Notes: a model not told the origin generated them from the letters alone. 64,000 bases of DNA from an uncultured delta proteobacterium (GCA_963790475.1 CAWBOS010000006.1:416001-480000), one strand, 5' to 3'. Positions 1 through 10,955 are shown, numbered from the stretch's first letter. Numbers and translations: made by a program.

Positions 1-1169
1 GTCAGATAATCCACAGCGGTCCGGCATAAGGTGTCCATGACTTTTTCTTTATAGATTATCCGCTCCAGATAGTCGGGATTGCCCGTTTCCAAGGCCCTTT
101 TGATATACCAGATCATCCGCAGTGTCCCGGCTGAAATGCGTATGGTTTCTTTTTGAGCCAGTCCGATAGCCACCGAGGGCATGGTAATGACCTCTTCCCG
201 GAGAAACTTGGGTTCCTGTTCAGGAATCCTTTTTTCGGGCAAGAGCCATTCTATAAACCGAGCCCCCGGTTTAATAAAAGGGAGAAGGACTGCCGCCATT
301 CCCAAATTAAAAAGGGTATGGGCATTGGCCACCTGAAAAGTCACCGAATGGGTCAACGTGGCCAGGAAAGAACCGAACCAGGGGACAAAAGGGAATAACA
401 AAATCGTACCGCCGAGTTTGGATAATAAGTGGGCCAGGGCCACCCGTTGGGCTTCCCGGCGGGACCCGATGCTGGCCAGTAAGGCGGTAAAAGAGGTCCC
501 GACATTGCTTCCCAGAAGGAGATAAATAGCGGCATTCAGGTTAATCAGACCGTAGCCGGCCAGGACCATAATGATCCCCATGACCGCCGCACTGCTATGG
601 ATCAGAAAGGTGACCGCCGCCGATACTGCAATCGCCAGCAAGGGCGATCGGCTGACAAATAACAAGGCTTCGGTGAAGGCCGGAGAATCCTGAAGAGGCT
701 TCAGGGAATCACCGATTATTTTAAGACCCAGGAATAAAAAACCGAATCCCACCAGGGCCTGACCAAAACGGTGATGGCGGTCCTTTTTGGCAAAAAAGGC
801 GATCGGGGCCCCAATGCCCACAATCAAGAGAGAGAGCTCGGTAAATTTGAGGGCAATCAACTGGGCCGTGACGGTTGTCCCGATATCGGCGCCCAGGATA
901 ACCGGCATGGTTTGCTTGAGGGTAATCACCGCGGCATTGGTCAGCCCCACCAGGATAACCGTTGTGGCGGTGCTGCTTTGGAAAAGGATGGTGATCAGAA
1001 TCCCGGCCAGGACCCCGAGGACCGGCTTTTTGGTGATGGATTCCAAAAGAGTTCGAAGCTGGCGGCCCAGGATTTTTTGCAGGCCGTCGCCCATGACCCG
1101 GATCCCGTAAAGCAGGATGCCGATGCCGCCAAAGAATCCAAAAAAAACATATAGCCAGTTGGTTTTCAC
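1..1169 (-). CDS. Na+/Pi cotransporter family protein (runs off the window start)
   Basis: Not in the ORF track. Manual translation from GTG at 1169 gives MKTNWLYVFFGFFGGIGILLYGIRVMGDGLQ...FQSSTATT...GADIGTT...HSSAA...GSNVGT...ANAHTLFN, the duplicated QSSS/GxNxGT repeats of Na/Pi cotransporters. Confidence 0.9.
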   Translation of the reverse strand, partial: MKTNWLYVFFGFFGGIGILLYGIRVMGDGLQKILGRQLRTLLESITKKPVLGVLAGILITILFQSSTATTVILVGLTNAAVITLKQTMPVILGADIGTTVTAQLIALKFTELSLLIVGIGAPIAFFAKKDRHHRFGQALVGFGFLFLGLKIIGDSLKPLQDSPAFTEALLFVSRSPLLAIAVSAAVTFLIHSSAAVMGIIMVLAGYGLINLNAAIYLLLGSNVGTSFTALLASIGSRREAQRVALAHLLSKLGGTILLFPFVPWFGSFLATLTHSVTFQVANAHTLFNLGMAAVLLPFIKPGARFIEWLLPEKRIPEQEPKFLREEVITMPSVAIGLAQKETIRISAGTLRMIWYIKRALETGNPDYLERIIYKEKVMDTLCRTAVDYL

Positions 1170-1564
1170 AATGGTTCAATTATAATGATAAGTAAAAAAA
1201 ACAATCGACTTTGGGTTAATACCTTTCGGCTTTCGCTTCCCAATAAAGCCCTTTTAACCGACTTGCCCACGGCGGCCTATAGCAATAAAATCGCGTTGTC
1301 TCTTTCTGCATTTTTAATTATTTCTTCAGCCGGTTCTACGGGGATTGACACGGTTTCCCATTTTTTTACAGACCCTTTTTATCGAGATTATATTAATCCT
1401 ATGGTCCTCCTTAAGATTTGCTTTATTTCCATGGTTTTTATTATGAAATGTATCATATCGACGGGATCGATACAAGCCATCCAGATTAAAATTTCCCTTT
1501 CTATTAATGTTTATTACCCTTTATAATACCTTCCGAATTTATCCAAAAAAGACCGGAGTTGCCA

Positions 1565-2232
1565 ATGAGACCCTGTCGATTATGCCATAATCCCGCACAA
1601 CTTGTTTTTGGGGATGTCCGACCCTTTTTTGTCTGCAATGTTTGTGGGCTAATTTTTACTGATTGCTGTATTTCTATTGAAGCGGTTGAAAAGCATTATA
1701 AGGATCAGCATAGCAATACCTTTGATTGGATGAAAGAAGCGAATAGTTTTTCGGAGTGGATTAAAAATATGGGGCTTGCCGGTCCTCTTTCGTCTTTATC
1801 GATTTTGGATTATGGTTCCGGAAGCGGGATGTTAACCGAGGCTTTAAGAAAAATCGGATTTAAGGTGGATTGTTATGAACCTATGCTTCACGGAGAATTC
1901 AACCGGGAAAGTTATTCCGAGGCCTATGATGTCATTATTCTGAATGAAGTGGTCGAACACCTGGAAGATATCAACAAAACCCTCGATATTGTCTATAGCG
2001 TTATGGGGTTAACGGGGTTGTTTTTATTAAAACCCTTTTAACGGATCAGATCATCAATGATCCGGAAAATTTCATGGAGTCGTTTAAAAACTGGTGGTAT
2101 AAAGATGACCCCACCCATATCTCTTTTTTCAGTTTTTTGACCTTCGACTACATCTGCAATAATCGGGGCCGGAATCTGGCGGTCAAAGCGATTTCTTCTA
2201 CCGATAATTGTGTGGTGTTACAAAAAATGTAG
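1565..2232 (+). pseudogene. Class I SAM-dependent methyltransferase with N-terminal Zn ribbon, frameshifted near 2008
   Basis: CRLC...CNVC, ILDYGSGSG and EVVEHL in ORF 1559..2041. The C-terminus (GVVFIKT...WWYKDDPTHISFF...QKM*) continues in another frame to TAG at 2230-2232. One base is missing, which could be a sequencing error. Confidence 0.75.
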
Positions 2233-2305
2233 TGGGCTTGAATCCTGTTGGGGTTAATCGGTAATCGTTATTGGGTCGGTGAAAGATTTAACCCATGGGT
2301 AAACA

Positions 2306-2754
2306 TCAGGGCCAGAGGAGGACGGCGCTGATACAGCCTCCTTGTTCGTGAAATACTTTTCCCCCTAAGGTCAAGGTTATTCCCACCTCGGAGCAGTATT
2401 GGAGTTTCCCGGTCCGTTCCCGGGCTAATTGTTTACCCCAAGAATATCCACCCGCCGTATAATAGTCCTCGGTCCCGGGATCGGTCTGTACTGAAAAGCC
2501 TGAGAAACGCCAGGGCATTTTAAAGTGGATGGCTACCGGTCGTTTGGTGACGGAGTTGATGAATTCGACTCGTCCCTTTTGCCAGGCCCAGAGCCAGAGG
2601 GTGCCGGAGCCGTGGTCCCCGTCGATCCTAACCGGCCGGATAAATCCCAGCAGGAAAAGAAGCGCCGCCAGAGCGATCGCAATAGAAAAATACAGGCGAT
2701 AGGCACGAGGCACGAGGCGAAAGGCAATTCCATTTTCATCTTTCGTAGTGATCA
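2306..2754 (-). CDS. Small membrane-anchored TAXI-TRAP accessory protein (DUF1850-like)
   Basis: One hydrophobic segment followed by FINSVTKRPV, similar to the DUF1850 F-x-HSV motif. Last gene of the TAXI-TRAP operon. Start uncertain because the ORF-track 5' extension runs through a repeat. Confidence 0.55.
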
Positions 2755-2757
2755 CAT

Positions 2758-2805
2758 CCCCAACCCGACCCTCCCCCCTCTGAAGGGGAGAGTGAGGGTG
2801 GGGGG
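2758..2805. repeat. Imperfect GC-rich palindromic intergenic element
   Basis: CCCCAACCCGACCCTCCCC...GGGGAGAGTGAGGGTGGGGG. A related half element (CACTCTTTTGCCGTAGGGGGAGAGTG) lies at about 6209-6234. Confidence 0.6.
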
Positions 2806-2823
2806 TCTGCAGGCCGGCCAAGA

Positions 2824-3825
2824 TCACTTCAAGACGCCTTTTTCCTTATAATAGCGCAATGAGCCCGGGTCGTAGGGAATGGTCCCATGAACGAATTTTA
2901 CGGCGTTTGTCAAGGTGTTGTCCTGGGCCGCCTTGACCGCTTTTTGCAGTTGGGGCAGGTTTTCAAAAAGGGCCTTGGTAATGGCGTAAGAATATTTTTC
3001 GGGTAAACTTTTCGGCCCCATGAAGAGGTTCCAAAAAGCCAGGGTATGGTTGTCCTTTTCGGTTCCGTAAACCTCCTTGGGTATCACCCCCGCTTCCATG
3101 ACGCCGGGGAATTTTTGGAGCATTTTTTTAACCAAGTCTCCCTTGGGATCCAGGTCCACCAATTCGATTTTGCTTCCCTTGCGGGACAAGGTGGTGGCCA
3201 GTTCGGTCACTGAACTGGTTGGGAGACCCCCGGACCAGAAATAGGCATCCAGTGTGCCCTGGGACAAAGATTCCGCTGATTCGGAAGCCCCCAAGCGTTC
3301 TTGTTTGGCCAAATCAGAGGTCTTAAGACCGGCTGCCTCCAGGACCATGAAGGCCTCGATTTCGGTTCCCGACCCGGGGGCCCCGGTGGAAACCTTTTTT
3401 CCTTTAAGGTCGGCCACGGTCTTGATGCCTGCCCCATGTGCGGCGATGATATGAAGGATGTTGGGATACATGGCCCACATGACCCGGACCTCCTTGGCCG
3501 GTTTATCCTTGAACCGGTCAATCTTTCCGGTGTAGGCTAAGTAGGCCGAATCCGGAAGGACCAATCCCAAGTAGTAGGTGTTTTTGCTCGGATCGGTGCG
3601 ACGTTGAATCAGGAGCAAGTTGTCCACTGAAGCTGCGGTCTGGATGGCGGTCGCCTCCACTCCGGCGTGTTTCGATAGGATTTCAGCGACGGTCGTGCCG
3701 TAGTAATAATACACTCCCCCGATTCCTCCGGTGGTAATCATGATTTTGGGTTTTTCCTCAGCAAAAGCGGACAGTCCGACCAATCCCAAGGTGACGGCTA
3801 AAATAATTCCAACGATTTTTTTCAT
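2824..3825 (-). CDS. TAXI family TRAP transporter solute-binding protein
   Basis: Signal peptide MKKIVGIILAVTLG, motifs TGGIGGVYY, TAASVDN and GAPGSGTE; AAGGAGG RBS upstream of ATG 3825. Confidence 0.93.
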   Translation of the reverse strand: MKKIVGIILAVTLGLVGLSAFAEEKPKIMITTGGIGGVYYYYGTTVAEILSKHAGVEATAIQTAASVDNLLLIQRRTDPSKNTYYLGLVLPDSAYLAYTGKIDRFKDKPAKEVRVMWAMYPNILHIIAAHGAGIKTVADLKGKKVSTGAPGSGTEIEAFMVLEAAGLKTSDLAKQERLGASESAESLSQGTLDAYFWSGGLPTSSVTELATTLSRKGSKIELVDLDPKGDLVKKMLQKFPGVMEAGVIPKEVYGTEKDNHTLAFWNLFMGPKSLPEKYSYAITKALFENLPQLQKAVKAAQDNTLTNAVKFVHGTIPYDPGSLRYYKEKGVLK

Positions 3826-3904
3826 CAAGCCCTCCTTATGCAATTTTTTTTGAATTTACCTATCTGCCCTGTTTTTTATGCAAGGTTTAGGTTTAATAAT
3901 CCCT

Positions 3905-6016
3905 TTAAGCAAGACTCTCCCCCTTGGATTTTTTATTAAAGAAGCCGAAGAAAATCAAGGCCAAGGCCGGGAGAATCACTATATTGACCCAGAGAAAGGG
4001 TAAGAACATGCCGACGGAAAGGATCCCCAGGGCCCAGGCCTCCCATCGGCGCAAGGTCCTCCGGGAATAGCCCACGTTGGCCGAGGCCATAGCAATGGCG
4101 CCGAGCAGCACTGCCGCCAGGCGAATAATAAAATTGGTAATCGCCTCAATTCCTGAACCGGTACGCCACATGGGGATCAGGAGAAGGGCCGTACCCTGAT
4201 AGGCCAGGATAAAAGAAAAACCAAGTAAATATTTGGGCAGGGCCACCCTGGCCGCGTAAACCCCGGTTTTTAACGGATCGGTCAAAAAGACCGAGGCCGA
4301 GGCGTAGGCCGAAAGGGCTACGGGAGGTGTGACGTCGGCCAGGATAGAATAGTACATGAGGAACATGTGGGTGGACAGCAGGGCCGCTTCGGCCGGGATG
4401 CCGTTGGCCATGGCCACCTTGAGGATGGCCGGGGCAGTCAGGGACGAGGAGACCACGTAAGTGGCCGTTGGCGGTATGCCCATGCCCAACAGCAGACTGA
4501 ATCCGGCGGCAAATAAAGTGGCCACCAGCAGGCTCTCTCCGGAAATCATGGTCAGGAGTTCGGAGAATTTATTCGGTAAACCAGTCATGACCATCAAGGT
4601 CAGGATCAGGTTGGCGCAGACCACGGCCGTGCCGATGGGGATCAGGGAGGAGAAGCCATTGGCCAGCCCTTTGAGCAGGACCCGGGGACTCTTGGGCCGG
4701 ATCGTAGGGTCCAGGTAACATAATATGACAAAAAGGAACAAGGCGCAAACCACGGCCAGACTGACCGAATAGCCCCAATAGATAAAGGCCACAATCAAAA
4801 GAATGGGTAGAAAAATATAACAATAGCGGCGGAAATATTTTCCTCCGTAATGCTCCCCGTCTTCTACGGGTTTAAGCCCTTTCTTTTTGACATAAAAATA
4901 GTTGTAGGCCAGGATGGCCACGGCATAAAGGACCATCGGCCCCAGGGCCATAATACAGATCCAGAAATAGGGGATGGACAGGATTTCCACCATGACAAAG
5001 GCCATGGAGCCCAGCACAGGCGGGGTGATCATGGCAATGGTGCCCGCGGTAGCGGATATGCCGGCGGCGGTATAGCGGTCATAGCCGGCCTTTTCATACA
5101 TGGGTTTGCTGATGGTGGAGACAAACTGGGTATCTGCCGCGCCGGAGCCGCTGAACATGCCCATAAAGACTGAGGCGATGGTGGTGACAATGCCCGGCCC
5201 ATCGGCTCTTCCGCCCGAAGCCAGGGAGGCGATGTTGGCAATGATGCGTCCCAAATTCAAAGAGCCGATGATACCCCCCAGGATGGTGAAGTAGACCAGG
5301 TATTTCATGGACACGCCGGTGATCATGCCGAAGAGACCGGCCTCGGTCTCGCTGAAAAGTTTTCCCAGCAACAGGTCAAAGTCGAAAGAGGCGTGGGCCA
5401 TAACACCGGTGAGCAGGTCGCCATGGAGATCATAAAGAAGAAAGGTGAGCACCAGACAGGGCATGATGGCCCCTGTATATCGGTAAACCTGACCAAGAAG
5501 CAGGAAGGTCAGGCCGAAACCCATAACCAGGTCCCAGGGTTCCGGCAGCATGGCCCGCTCGATAATGACATTAAAAAAGATAACCTGATAGAGGTATGGA
5601 GCCAATACCAACATAGCCCCCAGTTTGTCCACCCAGCGGCCAGAGGGGGGATAAACCGCTGGCAGGATGGCCGTCAGCCAGAAAACCGTAGCAATTATAT
5701 TGCATTTCGGGTCCAAGCCGATCCGCCAGAAGGCATACAGCGGAAAGGCGGCCATAATGGCGAAGACAAAGGCCCCGGCCCCGGCCCGCCTACGGTCCCG
5801 AAGTGAGGAAAGAAGGTACCCGGTCAGGAGAAGGAAAAAAACGTGGGTCGCGCGCTGCACCTGGGTGATGTCCAGGAAAGAGATGGATAATTTGGAAAGC
5901 GGTGTGTAAGGATGAATCACTAAATAAAGACTGTACAGACTGGCGATGATCAGGAGAGGTGTGATGAGAAGGTGATTAAGTCCGCTTTCTTGGGTAGCTT
6001 GAGGTTCATCTTGCAT
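3905..6016 (-). CDS. TRAP transporter 4TM/12TM fused permease
   Basis: Highly hydrophobic; ITPPVLGS, GMGIPPTATY and ADVTPPVAL motifs; adjacent to the TAXI gene. Likely start is MQDEPQ at 6016. Confidence 0.92.
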   Translation of the reverse strand: MQDEPQATQESGLNHLLITPLLIIASLYSLYLVIHPYTPLSKLSISFLDITQVQRATHVFFLLLTGYLLSSLRDRRRAGAGAFVFAIMAAFPLYAFWRIGLDPKCNIIATVFWLTAILPAVYPPSGRWVDKLGAMLVLAPYLYQVIFFNVIIERAMLPEPWDLVMGFGLTFLLLGQVYRYTGAIMPCLVLTFLLYDLHGDLLTGVMAHASFDFDLLLGKLFSETEAGLFGMITGVSMKYLVYFTILGGIIGSLNLGRIIANIASLASGGRADGPGIVTTIASVFMGMFSGSGAADTQFVSTISKPMYEKAGYDRYTAAGISATAGTIAMITPPVLGSMAFVMVEILSIPYFWICIMALGPMVLYAVAILAYNYFYVKKKGLKPVEDGEHYGGKYFRRYCYIFLPILLIVAFIYWGYSVSLAVVCALFLFVILCYLDPTIRPKSPRVLLKGLANGFSSLIPIGTAVVCANLILTLMVMTGLPNKFSELLTMISGESLLVATLFAAGFSLLLGMGIPPTATYVVSSSLTAPAILKVAMANGIPAEAALLSTHMFLMYYSILADVTPPVALSAYASASVFLTDPLKTGVYAARVALPKYLLGFSFILAYQGTALLLIPMWRTGSGIEAITNFIIRLAAVLLGAIAMASANVGYSRRTLRRWEAWALGILSVGMFLPFLWVNIVILPALALIFFGFFNKKSKGESLA

Positions 6017-6645
6017 ATTCGCTGTTATCCTTTCCTCTGAGAAGGAAATTCCACGAATGCAGTGGCCCTTTAATATCGCGCCAAGGGCGTCCGGCAAAAA
6101 AAAGCTTTATAACCTTTTTGATCGGCTGGCGGCTATAGTAACCTTTCCCAAAGGCTTCGTCAAAAGGAAAATCGGGAACCCATAAATTATGCAGGAGACC
6201 GTCCTCCTCACTCTTTTGCCGTAGGGGGAGAGTGTCTTGGCAATGCCCGTGAAGGAGCTGACAAAGATTCCTCTGCCCTAACCCTGATTCAACCTCGGAT
6301 CAGGGTTCCCTTCCCAATATTCGAAGAAGATTGCCTCAAAAGTTAATGATTTTTGGTTGAAATGTGGATAAAAAAAGAACAGAATGGGTATTAAATCAGC
6401 CGAGCGCAATTCCGGCGAGAAAGGTCATCTGTTCTTGGTGAAAAACACTATTCAAATGTTGACAATCTATTCCGGGACGAAATGTCTGCCCATGATTTTC
6501 GAAGGTAAAAACCGGAGCTAAAAAAGAAGGTAACTGATAATTAAATATACTACCCCCCAAAATTAAACCAAATTATTTATCTATCGAGGTGTTCTGCAAG
6601 TAGAATGGACCATTAATTTTTCCAACATAATAGGATCTAAAAAAA

Positions 6646-7839
6646 ATGATGGGTCACGATTCTCGTTTTCAGAATAACAATATATATAACGGCACCAGAG
6701 TTGCAAAGGACCATCCGGCTATAATAAAATTGGCACAGCTATTCAGTTCTATCAAGATAATGGGGCCGCCAATGAGTGATAAGTTGGTTGACCTTATTTC
6801 GCATCTTTTTAGTCCTGAAGAAGCTGAGATATGTAAAGGTTTGACTTTTTTGTATCCACGATCAGCCGGAACAATATCTCGAATATGTAAACGTGACATA
6901 GGTGAGGTATTGCCCATTCTCAAATCTATGGCCCAGCGCCGGGTTATACATGAATATCAGGACAAATTTATATTATTTCCACTTATTCCGGGAATATTTG
7001 AATATATCTTCATGACTGGCAGAAACAGTCCTTGGCATAAAAAATACGTAGAGCTTAATAATGATTTATTTGGCACGGGATATATTGGCAAATATCTAAC
7101 CCGGGAGATTAACGCCATACGCAACATACCAATTCAGCGGGTAGTAGAGCATAAAACCCATAGGGTGGACGCTGACCTTATCTCCAACATGCTGGATGCC
7201 CATAACAACTTCGCGGTCTTAAACTATTGTCCCTGTCGACATTCAAAAAAACTAATTGGTCATAATTGTAAACGCGCGACTCCGGAGGAGGGCTGTCTCC
7301 TGTTCGGGGATTATTCAAAAGATAGCGTTTCTAATGGCGATGCTCATGCGGTTAGTAAATCTGCCATGAGCGATATCGTCGCGGAACGCTGGGGAAAAAA
7401 ATTAATTTTTTTCACGGCCAATGTTGATCCAAGATTACAAAACGCTATATGCACCTGTTGTGAATGTTGCTGTCATGGTCTGGAAACGGCTAATCATTAC
7501 AGCAATAACTTTCTGGCGGCCCCACATTACATTGCACAAGTGGATGACGGGTTATGTAGTAATTGCGGGAAATGCGTATTTGTTTGTAATACCTATGCCC
7601 ATGTCATGGCGAATAAGAAGCATAATTATTTGACGGAAAAATGTGTTGGTTGTGGGCATTGCCTTGAGGCTTGTAAAAAAAACGCGATCCGATTGGTTGA
7701 AAATCCTTTGTTTAAGAAACCTACCGATAGATATTCCAAGCTTTTATTAAAAATGATGCCGTCCATTATCATGATGGGGCTGGGAATTAAAATGACAAGA
7801 TATTTTAATAGCGGCAACACAAGGAAAGTGAACAGATAA
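6646..7839 (+). CDS. 4Fe-4S dicluster domain-containing protein
   Basis: CPCRH...C...C, CTCCECCC, and ferredoxin motifs CSNCGKCVFVC and CVGCGHCLEAC. Visibly more AT-rich than its neighbours. Confidence 0.85.
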   Translation: MMGHDSRFQNNNIYNGTRVAKDHPAIIKLAQLFSSIKIMGPPMSDKLVDLISHLFSPEEAEICKGLTFLYPRSAGTISRICKRDIGEVLPILKSMAQRRVIHEYQDKFILFPLIPGIFEYIFMTGRNSPWHKKYVELNNDLFGTGYIGKYLTREINAIRNIPIQRVVEHKTHRVDADLISNMLDAHNNFAVLNYCPCRHSKKLIGHNCKRATPEEGCLLFGDYSKDSVSNGDAHAVSKSAMSDIVAERWGKKLIFFTANVDPRLQNAICTCCECCCHGLETANHYSNNFLAAPHYIAQVDDGLCSNCGKCVFVCNTYAHVMANKKHNYLTEKCVGCGHCLEACKKNAIRLVENPLFKKPTDRYSKLLLKMMPSIIMMGLGIKMTRYFNSGNTRKVNR

Positions 7840-7999
7840 AGGGAGAATATTTCCAAAGATTCGTGAGAATGCGGGTATCCCGATTTTCTTTTTGAGGAAG
7901 TCCCCGGTTTTATTTCACCTTGCCCGAATGGCCAGGAAAAAACGAACCGGGCCGGAACGCAAACCCGCTGTCCCAACCCGATTTTTTACTGAATTAGCT

Positions 8000-9151
8000 C
8001 TATAGGCATTCGTAAAGGGCATCCACCAGGATTTTCGACCGGGGGAGATCCTCCGGATTGACCTGCATCTGATTCATGACATACCCGAATCCGATTTTGG
8101 CCGCAGGATCGGCAAACCCCAGGGAACCGCCGGCACCGGCATGACCGAAGGTGTTCGGATTGGGACCATATGATGATTCGGTGTTAAGACCGAATCCCCT
8201 TGCAAAACGTCTGGGCCGACCGAGTACCAGATCGGGCCGGCTGCCTCCCACTTCTTCAATAACGGCGTTTTCTATCCCTCGTTTACTAATGACGCGGATT
8301 CCGTCTATTTCTCCACCGTTGGCCAGCATCCCATAGATTCGGGCGATTCCCCGTGCATTGGCCTGGCCGTTTGCCGCCGCGATTTCCGCTTTGCGCCAGG
8401 CAGTGGAGCTGGCGTCCTTGAACGGGCGAATGTCCGGATTCATCAGGGCGATAGGGTAGAAGTCCGGCATTTTGGGCGAGGATTCCGGGATTTTTACGGG
8501 AACCCGGGCCCGGTTTGGGCCGATCATGTAACTGGTGCGCTCCATTTCCGAATCAGGCAGGCCGATGAAAAAATCAGCATTCAAGGGACCGGCCACTTTT
8601 TCCCGGAAATAGGTCCCCAGGGTTCTCCCGCTGATCCGCCGGATGATCTCGCCCGGGAAATATCCCCAGGTCACTGCGTGGTATCCGCACCCCTTTCCGG
8701 GTTCCCATAATGGTTTCTGACCGGCCAGGAGCGACACCATCTTTTCCCAATTATATAAATCTTCGATGGCCAGCTTTTGCCTAACGCCGCACAATCCGGC
8801 CTGGTGGGACAGCAATTGGGCCACAGTCACCTTTTCTTTGCCATTGGCACCAAACTCCGGCCAGTAATCCACGACGCTGTCGGAGTAGTCCAGTTTTCCC
8901 TCATCAGCAAGGATGGCCATTGCCAGGGAACCCATTCCCTTTGTAGTCGAGTAAACGTTGACCAGTGTATTTTCCGCCCATGGTCTGCTGCATTGGGCGT
9001 CGAGCCAGCCTCCCCAGATATCGACCGCCACACGGCCTCCAACCACAACGCTGCAGGCGGCTCCCACCTCATATCCCAGCCAGTTGGCTTTAAAGGCCTC
9101 CTTTACCTTATCAAACCCCGGAGCGATATAGCCTTTGATTTCCACACGCAT
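8000..9151 (-). CDS. Serine hydrolase, beta-lactamase-related (family VIII esterase-like)
   Basis: SxxK (YSTTK), LLSHQAGL, GYHAVTWG and FGHAGAGGS motifs. Confidence 0.92.
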   Translation of the reverse strand: MRVEIKGYIAPGFDKVKEAFKANWLGYEVGAACSVVVGGRVAVDIWGGWLDAQCSRPWAENTLVNVYSTTKGMGSLAMAILADEGKLDYSDSVVDYWPEFGANGKEKVTVAQLLSHQAGLCGVRQKLAIEDLYNWEKMVSLLAGQKPLWEPGKGCGYHAVTWGYFPGEIIRRISGRTLGTYFREKVAGPLNADFFIGLPDSEMERTSYMIGPNRARVPVKIPESSPKMPDFYPIALMNPDIRPFKDASSTAWRKAEIAAANGQANARGIARIYGMLANGGEIDGIRVISKRGIENAVIEEVGGSRPDLVLGRPRRFARGFGLNTESSYGPNPNTFGHAGAGGSLGFADPAAKIGFGYVMNQMQVNPEDLPRSKILVDALYECL

Positions 9152-9280
9152 GTTTTCTCCTCTTTAATAAGAAGTTGCTTTTTTATGAGAAAAGCATAAA
9201 GCAAAGAAAAGATGGGATCAAGGAGAAAATCAGGAAAAGGCAGGGAGACCAAAGGGGACATGTGAAGAAAAGGTGACTAG

Positions 9281-10939
9281 GAGTCTGTCGGACTTAAATG
9301 TTTTATAGTCAAAATTTTATTTAAGAAGAGAAAAATCTCTTGGTTAAATCTAAGTTTTATGGTAGAATATAAAACTAATTCAATAAGTTAAATTAACATT
9401 TTTTATAATTTTATGACCACACCAAGAGAGCCACATGAACCCTCCACGATTTAAGTGTTGTGACCGTGACACCCTATACCTTTTGCCTCCCTCTATCCAC
9501 GATTGGCTTCCGGAAAATCATCTGGCCCGTTTTATTGTGGAGGTAGTAATCAAACTTGATTTAAGGCCTATTGAAAATGCGTACAATGGCCGGGGTTCCG
9601 ATGCCTATTCTCCTGCTATGATGCTGGCCTTGCTTTTTTACGGTTATGCGACCGGGGTTTTCTCCAGCCGCAAACTGGAATTGGCCACCTATGAGTCGGT
9701 AGCTTTTCGTTATATTACCGCCAACCAGCATCCGGATCATGACACCATTGCTGGTTTCCGGAAACGTTTTTTGGAGGAATTAAAGCCGCTATTCACCCAA
9801 ATCCTGATGATTGCCCAAACTATGGGTATAGTCAAGTTGGGCCAGGTGGCTTTAGACGGAACCAAAATCAAAGCCAATGCCTCCAAACATAAGGCCTTGA
9901 GTTGGGATCATGCCTGTAAACTGGAACAACAGATCCGGGCCGAGGTCGATGCGCTCTTACGTCAGGCCGAAGCAGCGGAACGAGAAGAGATTCCTGACGG
10001 GATGAACATCCCGGAGGAATTGGGTCGAAGAGAAAAACGCCTTCAGACTATTGACCTGGCCAAGCAAGAGATCGAACGTCGCGCTGCGGAGCGTTATGCC
10101 AAAGAACAAGAAATCTACGACCAGAAGAGGGCCGCCCGTAAAGCCAAAGAGCAAGAAAGTGGTAAAAAACCCAAGGGACGTAAACCTGAACCACCCGAGC
10201 CCGGTCCTAAAAAAAACGACCAAATGAATCTAACCGATGAAGACTCCCGGATTATGCCTGCTGCCGGAGGAACCTTTGAACAAGCTTACAACGCTCAAGC
10301 CGGCGTGGATCTGAATACCATGCTCATCGTAGAAAATCATGTCACTCAACAACCCAATGACAAGCAAGAAATTGAAAATACCTTGGGAAATCTGACTTCC
10401 TTACCAAACCAGTTAGGCACGGTTGACACATTAGTAGCCGACTCAGGCTATTTTAGCGAAACCAATCTGAATAAGTGTGAAGCCGAGCAGATCACCCCCT
10501 ATATTGCTGTAAATCGTGAAGAACACAATATTCCCTTAGAAGAACGTTTTGCCCGGCCTGAACCTTTACCGGAAGATGCTGATGTGCTGACCCGAATGAA
10601 GCATCGGCTAAAAACACCCGAGGGCAAAAAGATATACGCCCAGCGGAAAAGCACGGTCGAACCGGTATTTGGCATCATCAAGGCCATCATGGGCTTTCGA
10701 CAATTTTTCCTTCGAGGGTTAACAGCGGTCAGTGGTGAATGGAACTTAGTCTGCATGGCCTACAATTTAAAAAGAATGCATATCTTAGCCCATTAATAAT
10801 AATGACCGAGCAATTGCAAGGAAAAATTGTCGAAAAAAGCTTGATATCTTTATTGTTGAACTAAAAACCCCTTTGATCCTCTAAGAAAAAATCCGATCCC
10901 TTTTGTATAATAATTATGAGTTTCAAGACCGACAAACTC
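9281..10939 (+). mobile_element. Complete IS1182-family insertion sequence
   Basis: Left IR GAGTCTGTCGGACTT (9281-9295) matches the reverse complement of the right end GAGTTTGTCGGTCTT (10925-10939) at 13/15. CTAG direct repeat at 9277-9280 and 10940-10943. Confidence 0.9.
9435..10796 (+). CDS. IS1182 family DDE transposase
   Basis: LPENHLAR, SSRKLE, PDHDTIAGFRKR, ALDGTKIKANAS, ADSGY and RKSTVEPVFG motifs. Confidence 0.95.
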   Translation: MNPPRFKCCDRDTLYLLPPSIHDWLPENHLARFIVEVVIKLDLRPIENAYNGRGSDAYSPAMMLALLFYGYATGVFSSRKLELATYESVAFRYITANQHPDHDTIAGFRKRFLEELKPLFTQILMIAQTMGIVKLGQVALDGTKIKANASKHKALSWDHACKLEQQIRAEVDALLRQAEAAEREEIPDGMNIPEELGRREKRLQTIDLAKQEIERRAAERYAKEQEIYDQKRAARKAKEQESGKKPKGRKPEPPEPGPKKNDQMNLTDEDSRIMPAAGGTFEQAYNAQAGVDLNTMLIVENHVTQQPNDKQEIENTLGNLTSLPNQLGTVDTLVADSGYFSETNLNKCEAEQITPYIAVNREEHNIPLEERFARPEPLPEDADVLTRMKHRLKTPEGKKIYAQRKSTVEPVFGIIKAIMGFRQFFLRGLTAVSGEWNLVCMAYNLKRMHILAH

Positions 10940-10955
10940 CTAGGCTATTTCTAAT

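Noticed and set aside
153-1526. ORF-track calls at 153, 353, 721, 771, 787 and 1185
   Set aside because: They are off-frame or antisense to the Na/Pi cotransporter, or lie in the AT-rich divergent promoter region without an RBS or motifs.
2000-2041. Programmed -1 frameshift in the methyltransferase
   Set aside because: No in-frame X XXY YYZ heptamer or clear stimulatory structure; a 1-nt deletion or sequencing error is simpler.
6280-6307. Inverted repeat AACCCTGATTC...GGATCAGGGTT as a terminator or operator
   Set aside because: No U-tract and it lies in a divergent intergenic region; no function can be supported.
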